Below, piece by piece: positions 23,126-37,056 of a stretch of DNA of 64,000 bases. The stretch's first letter is position 1. Every line of letters starts with the position of its first letter. The stretch covers positions 22,543,455 to 22,607,454 of the forward strand of contig OZ316897.1 in NCBI GenBank assembly GCA_973895155.1, in the 5' to 3' direction. A program made the translations under genes and the position numbers. The DNA is from Marsupella aquatica. Its lineage: Eukaryota; Plantae; Marchantiophyta. A model generated the notes under the pieces. It saw only the letters and a program-made list of their open reading frames with translations. It had not been told where the DNA came from and ran no database searches.

Positions 23126-26100
23126 ATACTCCCTGTACAAACAAGACAAATCATTCAAAATGCAATGATGCCAGACACAATAGTAGTTGATAGTAGAAGC
23201 TAGATTAATTTTTTTAAAGTTAGAATGGTTATAGTTTTGATGGTTATCGCCCATGAGGATGCTCACAGTTGTGAACATCTGGGACTATGTTGTTCTCCGA
23301 TGCTATAATTGTGTTTCTTTTTGAGATCCATTAACCTTCTAGAAATTTTAAAATTCTTGAAATGACAAACCAGAGCGTGGAATGCAAAGTCCGATAAATT
23401 TATCAGAGTTTATTAAGGTTTGAATGTCAACCCAATAAGTTTATCGACAACTCCATTCCCCCAACTAGAACACCGTGACAAACAATAGTATGGAATGCAA
23501 AGTCCGATAAATTTATCATGTTCAAACATCATTGCGATAAATATATCAGTTCTAAACTCCATTCTCCAAATCTTGAGAATATTGACTCCGCTGACAAGAC
23601 CTAACCTAACCTAAGTATCCTACAACCAGATAAGAAATATTTCCTAAATCAATTAATAACATGTCAAACATTGTGATCATCCCTCTGGGACAATGTGTGA
23701 TGTTCTGGGACGATTCTTTGTAGAGAAAAATTGATGGCACATCTTGGTCTTTAGATATGGATTCTTTAGAAGCGGATTGACAAAATTGACAAAATTGACA
23801 AAATTTGGAAGAAACTGGGATCATTGGATTGGAATATTGGGAAGGAATCGCATGAACGTTTCCTAAAGCAATTTAAAACTAGCTGATCTGCCAAGGGGAG
23901 AAGTTAAGTATTGTGTGAACTTGTCTTCTTTTGAGTCCATTCTCAAAACTCTGAACAAACATGAATTGACTACGGGCTCTATTGGACAAAATATATATCT
24001 GCTGCATGCACCCGGTCACTCTTGTTGCAGGTCATATTATCGATGGAAATGTAAGAAGTATCATTTGAGTTAAAAAGTACTTTTCATCTAGGTCCATACT
24101 GGTTGTTAGAATTCATTGGAGCATTTTGTTAGACTTGGAGGTCCATCTGGCCGGGCTTCAATTTCTTGATAATTGACTCTAAAATAACATGGGGTCCACT
24201 GATAATTTGTCGTGGCTAGTGGCACTTTAAACCAAAAGCTCAGACGGTGGATTCAGTGGAGTAACTCGCACTAGCACGTTATGTGAACACAAAACGCTTT
24301 TGGGTTTACTAGTGTAAGCTGATTACTACCCTTCCGTAGAATTGAGGCCCGCTTGCTTGTAAATACTCGTTTTTCTTTTCTGCAACACATCGGACAACAA
24401 GCACGTAAGGATAAATTGTACCTTGCGTTGCAGTTCGTTTATAACTAGGGAGCTCCCATGCATATCATGCTGCTTTTCCCACGAGCTAAAATATCGTAAG
24501 ATCTTTCACACAAATATATAATATCTCCTAAGACGTTTAGAAGTGCCATGGGTAATTGATTATCACATCCTGTAGGTCATCCAGGTATATTGCACTGAGT
24601 TTGGCATGACCTAAACACGTTATTCATAAAGGGAATAACGTTATCGAGAGAGAAACAAGAGTAACCATAGCATCTGGCGGTAAAAACAGCGGATATACTA
24701 CCACTAGGCTGACGACCCAATATGGGTGTCTCGAATTTGGACTCTTATTGTATAATTATGGTTTTGGCTGCAATCTTTTGCTCTACTTTTTTCTATCATG
24801 GTCACGACGGAAATCTTGATTTCGTTGCCAAGTCTCTACAACAGCCGTCTGCAAAAGCCACAACTTATATATGATTGGACACTATATCGGGCCAATCATA
24901 AGCTGTGGCTGTAACAGTGTGTCCAATTTAGCTAGACTTTTATTGTCCATACTTTTATACTCGTGTCACACTGATCATGGACACTTCTCATTGCAAAGAA
25001 AACAATTGGAGTCTGAACTGTGTAAATCCAGTCCCCGGCCAACTCAAACAAACACAACAACCTGAGCCTGCACGGTTAATATCTAGTTATATAATTGTCA
25101 GTGTGACGGAGAAAAACATTCAAGCTCTTGTTTTCAAAAATCAGGAAAGAACCAAAAATATCTGCCCAATTCAAGAAACAGATGTATATTCTAGTTGATC
25201 GGTCAGAAGCCATATCTTATCACGTTTCAGTTAGAAGGAATATGTTCAAACACAAATTCTTCCAGAAAATTTGGGGTTCGGCACATGATTGTACTGTCCT
25301 CTGGGTTATTGATCTCACCTGGTGTACTTTTTCCTCAGAAGTTTCTCCAGCTAACTTCTTCAACCAGATCGAAGATGCCTCCACGCGCTGCATGCATGAT
25401 CGGGTGCATGACTCTACTTTGAATTGACGTCCTGGAAGCCTCGTTCGCAAGGGACCAAGTGCTCACAAGCTCCGTGTGTCCCCTTATATTGTTCCATATC
25501 TCGGATTCACAAGCATAAGAGGTGCTCACGAGCTACATGACCCTGCTTTCTCAGCCTGTTAATCTTATATAGACGGAGAAGAAGCCCCCATAAGGTCCAC
25601 ATCTCCACTCTATCACTCCGCAAATCTGGTCCACAACCAGAAGAGGAGCACACGATTTGCCTCTCACTGCGACTGTACAACTCCTTGCCCTGCAGATTTT
25701 ATTCATTCAAATGAAAAAATTAAGAGACTGCCCGAGGTGCGTCACTCTCCTCTATTGTACTGGAGATTTTGTTCACGAGGTCCATATAATACGGTCCACT
25801 AGCTGCAACGACGTCCAAACAAAAGAAATAAAATACAGTAATCTTTCAAGCACAAGCCCCAGTCGACACACTAGGAATCATCGATGCTTCACATTCCGAG
25901 ACAAAACTACTTAATATCTTTAAGTCTTCAATTCCCATTGTTCACACCCACCGTTCAATTTTCAGACCGCCTGACACACCTTTCTCTGGGATAAAGTAAA
26001 CTAAATATTGCACCGGACACAAATATTACACTTAGCTAGACCAGTATGAAGCCTCGGTCAGATGAATTGGATACCACCTTCTAAAACGAGTAGGTAACAC

Positions 26101-28442
26101 CGTTTACACTTTCATTTGAAATGTGACCTGTAAGCTTGCTCCTAAGGCTCCTGATGGTTTGCAGTCAATATCAATTTAGTTACCTGAGGGTGGTAATCAC
26201 TGAGTGTTCATGCCCAAATTACTCAGGGCATCCGATCCTTCATATTAAAAATGAAACATTTACATTTGCAAAAGTAGTTACAATTTATCACTCATGCCCA
26301 AACTACCCTCAATGTGGAGCAGTCATTGGCAATTAGGTTGTAAAAGTTGACAGTTTCTGCGTTCATTGAATATGGAACAAATGATATATCATTTACAGAA
26401 CTCTCAAACTTTGTCATATAACATATAAGACATCAAAGAAAATCCTAGGAAAAAATGAGTAAACTTCAGCAGAGATATATATTCAAGTTGTCCAAATAAA
26501 TACACATGTCTGCCAAAAACCAGATGCTCAAGTCTGCCATGATAAATAATAATATCATTTGGTCGGGATGCTTGGAAAAAGTACTTGGGATGCCCTTCTC
26601 AAAAGTCTAATGTACTTCCAAAAGCTACGGGTCACTTTTTATTTCCAATGTAAGCTAGTACTTTATGCAATCTATGGGGATAAGCAACGACAACATCTCG
26701 GTCCATTTAGGCTTTGGTTTTTAGACAGTCTATGTATATTTATGTAGTCCATGGGGATAAGGTGGAACAATCTACGTCCATCCAGGCTTTGGATATTAGA
26801 CAATCACTCCGCCAGAATCCAAAAGAATATAAGCAATGCCTTGTGTCTGTAGCTACAAATGTTTCAGCTTTTCCAGTACCAAAATGATCACTCTTGAATC
26901 TGTTCCCTTGTCTTTAGTCTTGTAGAATCTTGACGGAATTTCTCGAGGATTCACAATTGAAAAGAGTAAAAAAAAAGCTTTTAGTCCGGTCGGCTTTTAA
27001 GTGTTCAACAAATCAAATTAAACTTCACTCAACTACTGTAATTAATTATCTATTCTGCTTTCAATTGAGTGGATACTATTATTGTGATAGAGAATATACA
27101 CCCAGAAATCTCCGTCCTGCCGGGCTGCCCACCGGATCAGAAAACACCCAGAGTCTTAGTGGAGCTAACCAGAGGTAGACCCTTACTAGTAGATTAGCGA
27201 ATTCAACAATTGTAACTGGCATCATGAGCACAATGTTTGGCATGGCTATGGCACAAATGGGACCCGTTTTGAGATCATCTATATATTGATTGTAAAGGAA
27301 CTTGGGACGGCTATCGTACTTTTCCGTAGAGTGTAAAGTAGCTGGCCTGTCTTTTGTGTTGTCAGTCTACTTCTCCCATCTTCTGCTGTCGAAGGCATCT
27401 TTTGGGGTGAGATAGTTCTCGGTTGAGGAGGATTATCCCCCCCTTCCCCGAAACAAAAACCCCACCAACCGCAGTTAGCAATACTCCTCTCTCATGTATC
27501 CTGACTTGGCCATTTCATTTTATTGTAAACAACTTGAGAGTTTTAAGGTCGTCACACACAGCTCAAAATATATCTTACCTGAGCTTTTCCATAGCAAGTA
27601 ACTGTTACTTTTTGAAACATAAAACAATCAGTATTCAGTTAGTATTCTTACAACTGAATATAACTGGAGGCAAGACTAATTACCATGAAATAATATCATT
27701 GTGTGGGCCAAACTATGAGAGTAGAGTGAGAATCTAACAATCGACTTCAGGTTGACTTCACTAAGACTGATGAACAAACAAAGAACAACGAGTAACTTAA
27801 ATGGTCGCTAACGCGACATTGTAATTAATTACCTGGCTAGGAATATGTCCTGCTCATTAATCGCAAACGAATTTGATCATATGACAGCGTTTACTAGGAA
27901 CGTGTAAAATTTGGTGAAGTCCTTGTGTCCTAGGTTCAGGTATGCTCTATCTTTCATGTACTGTGGGTTGGTTTTACTAACGGCAGGTATGATCGCACTC
28001 TCTTTGTGTGTTGAGTAAGGTGCGAGCCAGCGCCAAATGTCAGAGAGAGTCTAGCTCGTTCAAGTACATGGGTGATCTAGCGCCTGCCCCCACCCTCTTT
28101 CACATTCTGTGAATCTCCACCACATTAATGTACGTAGTGTAGAAGCTCTGGACAACTCTCTTCCATCTGATGGTTTTCTTCTATGGAATGATCGAACCAA
28201 CACCAAGTTTTGGGTCGTTGAGCTGGTTGCGGACATAGGGAATTCGATGAGTGTGTTGTCCCGATGTCTCCAGGAAACGACCTGATGCTGGACTCGGATG
28301 ACCTCGTCTGGTCTTCTCTTCATTAATGTCTCCGCCATCGGCCCTGCTTGATCGACTCAACCTGAATCGACTGTAGATTCATAAAGCTAGCGAGAATAGC
28401 TACAACTGAACCGAAGACAGTCGATCAGGAGCCCTCCACTCG

Positions 28443-31400
28443 ATGGTACTTGATTTCTTCACTAGCTTAATCTCTCAACTACGTCCTATCTGTGTAACTT
28501 CATGTGCGGTGCAATTTGAGTCAGCTATTTCTGTATCCTCGTCCATGATGGCATCGCGAGTCTGCAAGGTCATCATGTTTCGCTACTTCAAGTGCGTAAC
28601 TGCAGAAGATTGATCTAGAAGTTCTTTGAAGGTCATCTTTGTGTGTCTGTCTGTACTAGATACTCAATCCTCTCATTCTTATATTCACTCGCCCTGTCTA
28701 CCTCTTAATTCTTCGATCGCAGGGATCTGTTGGGGAACCCTTTCCGCTAGTCGACGCAACCCCGGGCGACGTCGCGCATGAGCAGGATGGCCATTGGTCA
28801 ACTACATCGTCTGATTATGAGGTCCAGGATGATGCGAAGTCGTGGGATCTGAAAGCTCGACCGGCGTACGGAGCCAAGACCGGAAAATGGAACGGCGCCA
28901 AGTTTCTCTGCGGTAAAGAGCATTCTTTAATTTCGCAACAATCATGAACCTAGTCCATTTCACTACTCAAGCACGTACTCGATCAGTCCCGAATTCATAG
29001 ATCAGGGCCACTTTGAATTGAATTGTAGTCATATTGATGGAATTGTAGGTCATATTGCGCATTTATGTGAAGTTTGAGGCTATGTTCTGATCGACACTAG
29101 GTCGCATCCCGGGTCGCATATATAAGTGGAACCTCAGATAGAAGGCAATTCCAAACGATGATGCTCCCATGCATGCATTAGCTTTAAGTTGACAGCTCTG
29201 TAAAGGGTCTTTTCCTGATACTTGAAAACATTGTCCCTGCATTTAAGAACAGGATGAGTGTAAAGCATAAGACGAGCCGATCCCATGCTCATTTTTCCTG
29301 GGAGACACATTGATCTGAAACCTTTGAATATATCGCCACAAGCATACCGAAACCACTGCGGACAGCGATATATTGAATAGCTGCTCCAGGCTACGATCCG
29401 CGTCTTTCGTTCATTGAGGTTATAGAAAATTGCGGAGCTAACAACACCCGCTCAAATTGTAGGCCGAGTAAGAAATGAGGTCTTGACGATTGGTGTACGA
29501 ACTTTGTGCTGCAGGTCTTGGTCTAGCCGATTGGCAAGCTTCTATTGGAGTGGCTATCATTCTGGTCATTTTCCTCGTTGTGAATTACGGTCAAACAGTA
29601 GCCGTAGCTTCGGGAATCACCAACAATTTTGTTGGGACTTCTTTTCTCCTCGCAGTATTAGGAGGGTTCATTGCCGATAGTTACCTAGGAACTTTCTACA
29701 CGGTTGTTTTGGGAGGGATCGTCGAGACTACGGTACGAAGAGACATGCATGATGCCTGTTAAACCTCATTTTTTAGGATTTAGTCGTTTTGTCAGTCTCT
29801 ACGTCGCTACCCCAATATATATCCACGAGACCACAAATTGACAAGTAGCAGATTCTTATGATTGAAGGAGAAGCCTGAGTCGATCGTCTTGAATACGATA
29901 TTCAAAAGATCAGCATTTGCATTCTCATCCAAAATCATCGCCAATTGCGGGCTGTTCATTGGTATACACTAGTATAGCTCAGCTCTCGTACCATAGAATA
30001 GAAATGTAGTATAATTGTATATATAACAGGTCAATTGCACTGGGATTTATATCATAATTTGGGATCGAGGTAATATTACCTTGAATATAATTACTTGTTA
30101 TTTGGGCTATACTGTGAAGAACTTTAGCGATATGGGCCGGTTCACCGTACGTCGTCTAGAGTAGGCTTCCATTTAATTTCTAGCCGTGGGATATTGATAT
30201 CAATCGTTTCGTCCGAGTGAAGTCTATCATCGAGCTCGAATAAAACATCTCCTAATTAATACTGCCTGGCTAGATGGAAGTCAAGAAAGACCTTAAAAGC
30301 TTCGCGGTCTTTGATAGTCTGGTCCTACTTTCATGTCGCTCTTGAATTGATTTGTTGATACCGCGGCCTGCAGGGATTGGCACTGCTGACCTTCGTTGCA
30401 GCCGCCCCAAGCTTGCAACCTCCACAGTGCGCGACGCTATTTATACCTTGCAATCCTGCAGGGATTAGATACATGGCCCCGTTGTATATTGCCTTATACA
30501 CCATAGCCCTCGGTACTGGATTTGTAAGGGTTAGCCTAACCTCGCTGGGAGGGGATCAGTTCGATGAGTCCGTGCCTGCTGAGAAGAAACAAACCGTCAG
30601 CTTCTTCATTTGGTTCTACTTCTTAGTGAACATTGGCGTTTTGACCTCCTTCTCACTGGGAGTGTACCTCCATACCTACGTGAGCTACGGTTGGGGTTTT
30701 GGCTTCTCCCTCATGCTCTACTCTATATGTTTTTTGACATTCCTAACAGGGACTCCCCGAATTCGACGAAAACCACCTTCCGGAAGTTTCCTGACGCGCA
30801 TGGCCCAAGTTTTCGTGGCTTCCATAAGGAAGACCCGGCGCACTCATGCTCTCGACAAGAACAACTTCTACGACATTGGTCCTATTGGAAAGGGCGCTGC
30901 CAAGACGATCCGAACAAACAAATTGCGGTAAGAAATTGCTTTCTTAGTTCTATAGTACCTGCTAGCGTCTAAGTACAGATCACTGTCATCTTTGGAAGAG
31001 AAAACCAGGCTTTCGCTCAGTCTTTATCGGTATAGTCTCTCTGGGTTGGGGTCTGGAGTAGAGTACTCCGAGGTGGGACGCGTGTGCCCTTACTTTGGGG
31101 CTTACCGTTGATGAAAACGAGAGCCAAATAACAAGGCGGTTACACAGGATTTCACCAAAATAATGCAGTCCTCATCTACTGACCATACCTAGAATTGCAT
31201 GAAGGTAAATTTACCAAGGGAGAATCATGAATTAAATGCAAGTCCGTCCAATGAGCTTGACAATAACACCTTCGGACAAAGTTCACTCCTATTCTGAGGC
31301 ACTCCAAGTGTAGCAGAGACTCCAGTATTTTGGGCAAAATTATATTCAAGTCACTAGAGGAAATGGGACCCCCTTTTTCATTTGTGAGTCAGAATCTAAT

Positions 31401-33382
31401 CCGAATTTTGTGTGTTGCACAAAAATGATATAGATTGGACAAAACAGTGATATAGCTGAGGCAAGATTTTCAGTATACGTCCCACTATGTTACCTTTGGA
31501 ACTCAGACAATCTGTCCGACGTATAATTATCACTGTTTTGTCCCCCTTGTATTTCTATTTCCGTATAGAAAATATGTACTACATGTCTTTAATGATATAA
31601 GTTAGTCCTTCCATACCCTATAGGAACCCGCTGGAGTGCAAGTACCTGATGTGAGGCTGGCATGCATGATACACCCTACTGAATTTCAATTGGAATGAAT
31701 ATCGATGACGGGACTGATGCTAACTGGACTCTTTGAGAGCGAAGCTTAGAGTGGCTAGAGAGCAGTTCGCGTCAAAAGCTTGTTGTAATTCACTAGTCCC
31801 TGGATGCAGGCCGGACACAACGTTTACTAAGGTGGTTATACCTAGGTGGTTATACCTTAGCGCCGGAAAATCTATTTAGAATAAGTGGTAAAGTATCACT
31901 AGATAAGCGCTGAAATTAATTGAAGAGACTATTGCTTGGGGATTTAAGGTCCACTTCAGCTATCGTCAGGTGTCACATCTGTCTGAAAAATATAAGACCG
32001 ACTCACAGAATGACCAAGATACGTTTAATTAAATATTCATGATCTTGCTTTATGGTCGACGGGCTGGAGGGCGGATAAACTACCATACCCGATTCATTCG
32101 TTGCCCAATGTTTTTCAAAGGTTTCTGGACAGGGCTGCCATGATCGACGACGAGGATAAGAAAGCTCTCGAGGGCGGGAGCTACCGCCCTGATCTGTGGA
32201 GGTTGTGCAGCGTGGCCCAAGTAGAGGAATCTAAGAAATTGCTTCTATTGGTTCCCATATGGTCGACTACCACAGTCGTAACCTTAATTTTTTCACAGTT
32301 GACGACATTTGCAATTCAACAAGCAACGTCGATGGATAGAACGGTGGGGGGCGTGGATATCCCGGCTGCCTCTACGGCTTCAATGGTGATCATATCCACA
32401 TTTTTTTTCGTATTTCTCTACAAATACATTGTGTCCCCTATCGCGAAGAGATTCACCAAGAGCGAATACGGCCTCACACCTATTATGCGCATGGGCGTTT
32501 CTTTGGTATTTGCAATGTTGGCTATGGTTGTAGCTGGGCTCGTCGAGAGGAAGCGAGTGACATATGTACGTGCGGGGAAATTCGAACAGTATCCCTTGGG
32601 TTATTATCACCTCCCAATGAGCGTTTGGTGGCTGTTTATGCCGTATGTGTTGACTGCGTTCGTGGAGTTTTTCTTTTACACGTCTGCTTTCGAGTTTTTT
32701 TTCTTTGAGGCTTCTGAGGACACGCGCACTGTCGGGAGTTCGTTTACGTTCGCATCTGCTGCAGTCGGATACTACATGAGCACCATCACTGTGAACGTCA
32801 TCAACTCGGTTACAAGCCATCACGAGGTTTGTTTTCAGCCTGCTTGACATTTTTCCTTCGTATACCCTCCGTTATATATACCAATCTGTGAACAATTTTT
32901 CTGGTTTCTTCGTTGATGTACTTTTCCCGCATCAAACATAAATTGAAGAGCGTTTCAAATTGAAAATTAAGAATCCAATGACACAGGCTTCGAGGCCATG
33001 CTGGCAAGTTCTAGATCTCTCCTGACTTGAATTCCTGATAAAGTGATTGAAGGCATTTGACGTGATTGTTGTGCAGGGGGGAAGTTGGCTCAAAGAACCA
33101 ATGCCAGGACAATCTGGGCAGCTTAACACTGGAGGGCTAGAACGATTTTATTATTTTCTCGCCTGCTTGATTTCTGTTGCGTTTGTAGCTTTCTTGATTT
33201 GTGCATATTTTTACGAATGTAGACATGATTGGTATAAACTAGAAGGTTCGTCACCCTTGACAGAGACTACAATGCCAGAGCATAGTCAAGAAGACCTCTC
33301 TCAACCTAGGCACCCCCCCTTAACAAGTAGTGCAGAGACCAGCCCACCTGTTGTGACCAAGACATCCTACATAAATAAATGA
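28443..33382 (+). CDS. NPF: NPF (NRT1/PTR family) MFS transporter, copy 1; exons 28443-28445, 28723-28912, 29515-29732, 30374-30927, 32121-32826, 33077-33382
   Basis: Motifs KTGKW, GGFIADSYLG, ALGTG...LGGDQFD, FFIWFYF, GSFLTRMAQVFVA, FLDRAA, QVEESK, QQATSMDR and LERFYY. GT-AG junctions with compatible phases. The ATG micro-exon is inferred. Confidence 0.92.
31437..31543. mobile_element. Small inverted-repeat (MITE-like) element in an intron of NPF copy 1
   Basis: Perfect 16-bp inverted repeat GGACAAAACAGTGATA (31437-31452) / TATCACTGTTTTGTCC (31528-31543), with further imperfect pairing inside. Confidence 0.5.
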
Positions 33383-33940
33383 GGATGTCTTTAATTGTAT
33401 TTTAACACTTCATAATTATAATTTGGTTTTTTTAAATCTGGGGAAATATATCACTTTGAAGTGAAATTTGAAGCCCCTCATGGACCACATTTCCCAAAGT
33501 TTGAGTTTAAATGTAATAACTTGATATTCATTAAAAGAAATTGAAATTTTGTTGTGGATATGCTAGAGGAGTAGGTAAGCTACACTTCCATGGAAGTGAG
33601 AATAAATTTGTGGACAATGTGGTTGAAATTTTCATAAAAATTGTGAAGGGTTAAATTGGATTAGATTAATTTTCATTGTGTAAATATGAAACATCTTTGC
33701 TTGTGTTTTTCTATGTATTCTCCTTCTCTAGTTGCCTTGCACATGGAAAAATTAACATTTATCTCATAATCACCAAGATATGGGCCCCACATTTCCATGC
33801 ACAACCAAAAATCTGGTCTATGGTATCATATATGGTTATATTATATTGATATAATATTTACTGTAGCTGTATTTTAAACATATGGTTTAGGCTGCATGGC
33901 TATGTTGTAACTCACTTGAGTAGTTGAGTTGATACTATTG

Positions 33941-34345
33941 GTCTATAGTCAAATGTTGTGGCTAACTATTCCCATTTGTCTATAGTCAAATGTTGTGGCT
34001 AACTATTCCCTTTCTGAGGAGTTTCACAGATTTTTCCGTTTTTAAAAAATTAAAAAATATTTGATTTACTGTATGTTTTATGGTCTTCGGATTCAACGGA
34101 CAAGAATCCTCACAGATTGTCATCCATGAACTCTACAGTGTGTATGTTGGGGTGTGTTCAATTGAGAATATATGAGACTTTATCCATACATATAGGCAGT
34201 GGGGTTGCCCCTGGGGTTTCCTGATAGTGTCAAAATATTAGAATGTCTATTGTCCTTCATACACTTTATCCATACATATGGGCAGTGCGGTTACCCTGGG
34301 GTTTCCTGATCGTGTCAAATTAAAATGACTATTGTCCTTCATACT
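33941..34345 (+). repeat. Two local tandem duplications (37-bp period at 33941-34010; ~85-bp at 34177-34345)
   Basis: GTCTATAGTCAAATGTTGTGGCTAACTATTCCC occurs twice, and ACTTTATCCATACATAT...GTCCTTCATAC occurs twice. Confidence 0.85.
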
Positions 34346-36342
34346 ATTAGAGATAGTGGGAGCCTAGGTCTACCTACTGCACAGTGTCCCTCGTGGCCTA
34401 ATTGAGTCCACCAACCTGGATAGTGGACCATCGACATCTCCAATTGAAACGTGCACTTTACCATTATTTTCTAGGGCCGCATACTATGGATTGACATACC
34501 TGGAGGGCCGTTGATTCAAAATTCTATCACTACATAGAGTAGGGGCAAAATATTTAATTAAAGATTCGTAAATCAATTCAAAATACTCAACTGGAATCAA
34601 ATGGAATAGACCCATATATTGTCCCGTCTAAATGGTGTATAAGGTTTTTGTACAATACATACAGTATTTAGACCATATCAGCTGAACATTACACTAGTTC
34701 AGTCAAAAACAAATTGGGCGTTGCGTCATTTCCTGGAATAAAAGATAATTAATATTTGATGCCGGTCCTGTGCAACAAGATGACACTTTGGTGTATATAC
34801 CTGCTGCCAGGCCTAGCCAAGTATGCCAAGCTCCCAGAACCCAGCACAAATGCTCCAATTGCATGCATCACCAACTCTAGATAATTGGCTGAATTATCTT
34901 GGGGGGCCCAAAAAAAGCCCCCAAGATACTTTTGTCAAAAATATATAAGTACTGCAATATTGGATTTTTTATATAGTTTCCTTTGTTCTAAAGAGACCAA
35001 AACAAAATCCAATGTATTGTATGATGTACATGGTATTTGTATTCAGGCAAGGATCACGATGGCTTATGTAATAAAGATTTGTCTTTTGTGTTTATTTCAT
35101 TCTTTTGTTCTTTTTCACTTTGTTTGTCTTAACCTAAGTATATTTAATACTTGCTGTTTCTAGTTGAGCCTAATGTGACCAAAACCCCCTTTGCTCACGG
35201 GCCTGGTTAGAAGCTTGTGGTGAGCTTGTCCCGATATTCCCTCCTTGCTTGAGGCACCCCACCCACCATGACAAGAAAACAAAAGATAAAGTTCATATGA
35301 TGGTATATGAACTGTGGAATGTACATTTCTCTAGCAATGATTGTTCACGCGGTGGTTGGGGACCAAAACCTTAGAAGAAAAAGGTTTAAATCGTACAAGC
35401 TACAGTAAATACAGATGAGAAAGTAGTACCTATTGAATGTTTGGTTCTCCTTTAGAATCCTGTCTCCCTCTTGCCACTTGGTAGTGGAATCCTTTCTCTT
35501 GGGTTTGGTGTCTTTTGTTTTTTGGAATCTTTTCCCTTGGGTTTGAGTCCTTTGTTTTCTGGCATCCTTTTTCTTGGGTTTGGGGTCTTTTGTTATTTGG
35601 CAGTGTGATATATTGTAGTAGTTTATCCTGAAACGGTGCAAGTCAATCTGTTTTAAAATTATGCTCCCGTCTATTTGTGACAACTTTTACACCTTCACTA
35701 ATTGACATCCTTCTTGGTTCCAAAACTTTCAACACCAATTTGACCTTCAGTGTGTCCCTCAAATTTTCAAGTTCCCTTCACTATGAAGGATTTTGGCTAT
35801 GGGGCTCCGTCTTTGACAGTTTTCACCCCATTTTGACTCTCCTCCTCCTCTAATCCACAATTATAGATTGCATTATTGGATTGTTTTTGTCCAGGCACAT
35901 TAAATAGATATAAAATGCCAAAAGTGCCCTGCCCTACTGGCCCCTGCCAGGCATGCCTCATAAAGCCTTGCCATGGGTAGAAAGCATACATGTGAAGCAT
36001 GTGTGTGAGCTTTATGGTACAGGTCCCAGGAAAATGATAAATGGCAAATGGGGGAACATTAACCCTACTGGTCCAATTTAGGGGGGCTTTACAAGACGTT
36101 GGGGCCTTTTAGTCTCTCTCCAAGAGATGATGGCCATTTCCTTCCACAAAAGTTAAAATGCCTGAGCCAAAATGTGTTAGGTTTGGAAATAATCAATGCA
36201 ATTTCCAAAGCCCTAAAGCCCTTTGCTCCAAGTTTTTAGACCACCTCAAGAGGAGGTCTAAGTTTTTGACAAAAAAGCTTGCACACCTAAGCAAAAAAAG
36301 GGACCCACAAGGGGCCCACTGACAGCTGACTAGGTTCGGTAG

Positions 36343-36580
36343 TGCTTTTGGTTTATTGTGCCCCCAAGTTCATGTAAAGTGAAGTGTGGCCAGTTCTCAC
36401 ATATGAATGGCTAGGATTGCATCTTTCACCTAGAAAAAAAAAAGGAATTGTTGCCCCCAAGTTGCTTTTGGTTTATTGTGCCCCCAAGTTCATGTAAAGT
36501 GAATTGTGACCAGTTCTCACATATGAATGGCTAGGATTGCATCTTTCATCTAGAAAAAAAAGGAATTGCTACCCCCAAGT
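36343..36580 (+). repeat. 120-bp tandem duplication upstream of NPF copy 2
   Basis: Nearly identical units start at 36343 and 36463. Confidence 0.9.
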
Positions 36581-37056
36581 TCTTGTAAAGGCACCCTTAA
36601 CGCGCAGTGTACAAGTCCCAGGAAAATGGGGGAACATTAACCCTTTGTAAACTTAATGGGCAGCTATGGGTCCTAGTAGATGAATGTTCTACTGTAGTTG
36701 CCGACGGCGTGTAGTGGATAAACCTGGTCTGGACTTTGACTGTCGCTTGACATTTTGTTCGCTTCGATCCGCCCTCAATACTCCACGGTCCAATTTGGTG
36801 CTGGACCTGCTCTACAGTCGTTTGTTGGGCAACAAAAAGTCGATACTTAGGCAGGACGAATCTCAATGCTTCGATGGATTGGTCGAACTGTCGTTCCAGC
36901 GATCCCACCCGGTCTGATCGATTGGTTCGACTCCCTTCGGCATTCCTTCAGTGAAAGAGAATTGGAGTTGTTGATCGATTCTCTTGCTGGAGCGCAGGAG
37001 TAGCAGTGAGTCCCAGAAAGAAAAACAGCAGCCCCGGCCCGCGTCCGTCTTCACCA

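Larger units (their letters stand above)
20510..23550. repeat. GATAAATTTATC palindrome arrays flanking the second F-box-like unit
   Basis: Perfect copies at 20510, 23393 and 23506. Variants occur at ~60-bp spacing from 20578 to 20890 and at ~23434 and ~23537. Confidence 0.85.

Noticed and set aside
24660-24720. tRNA-like sequence on the minus strand (GGGTCGTCAGCCTAGTGGTAG...)
   Set aside because: Only an A-box-like part is present, with no T-arm or cloverleaf. At most a SINE relic.
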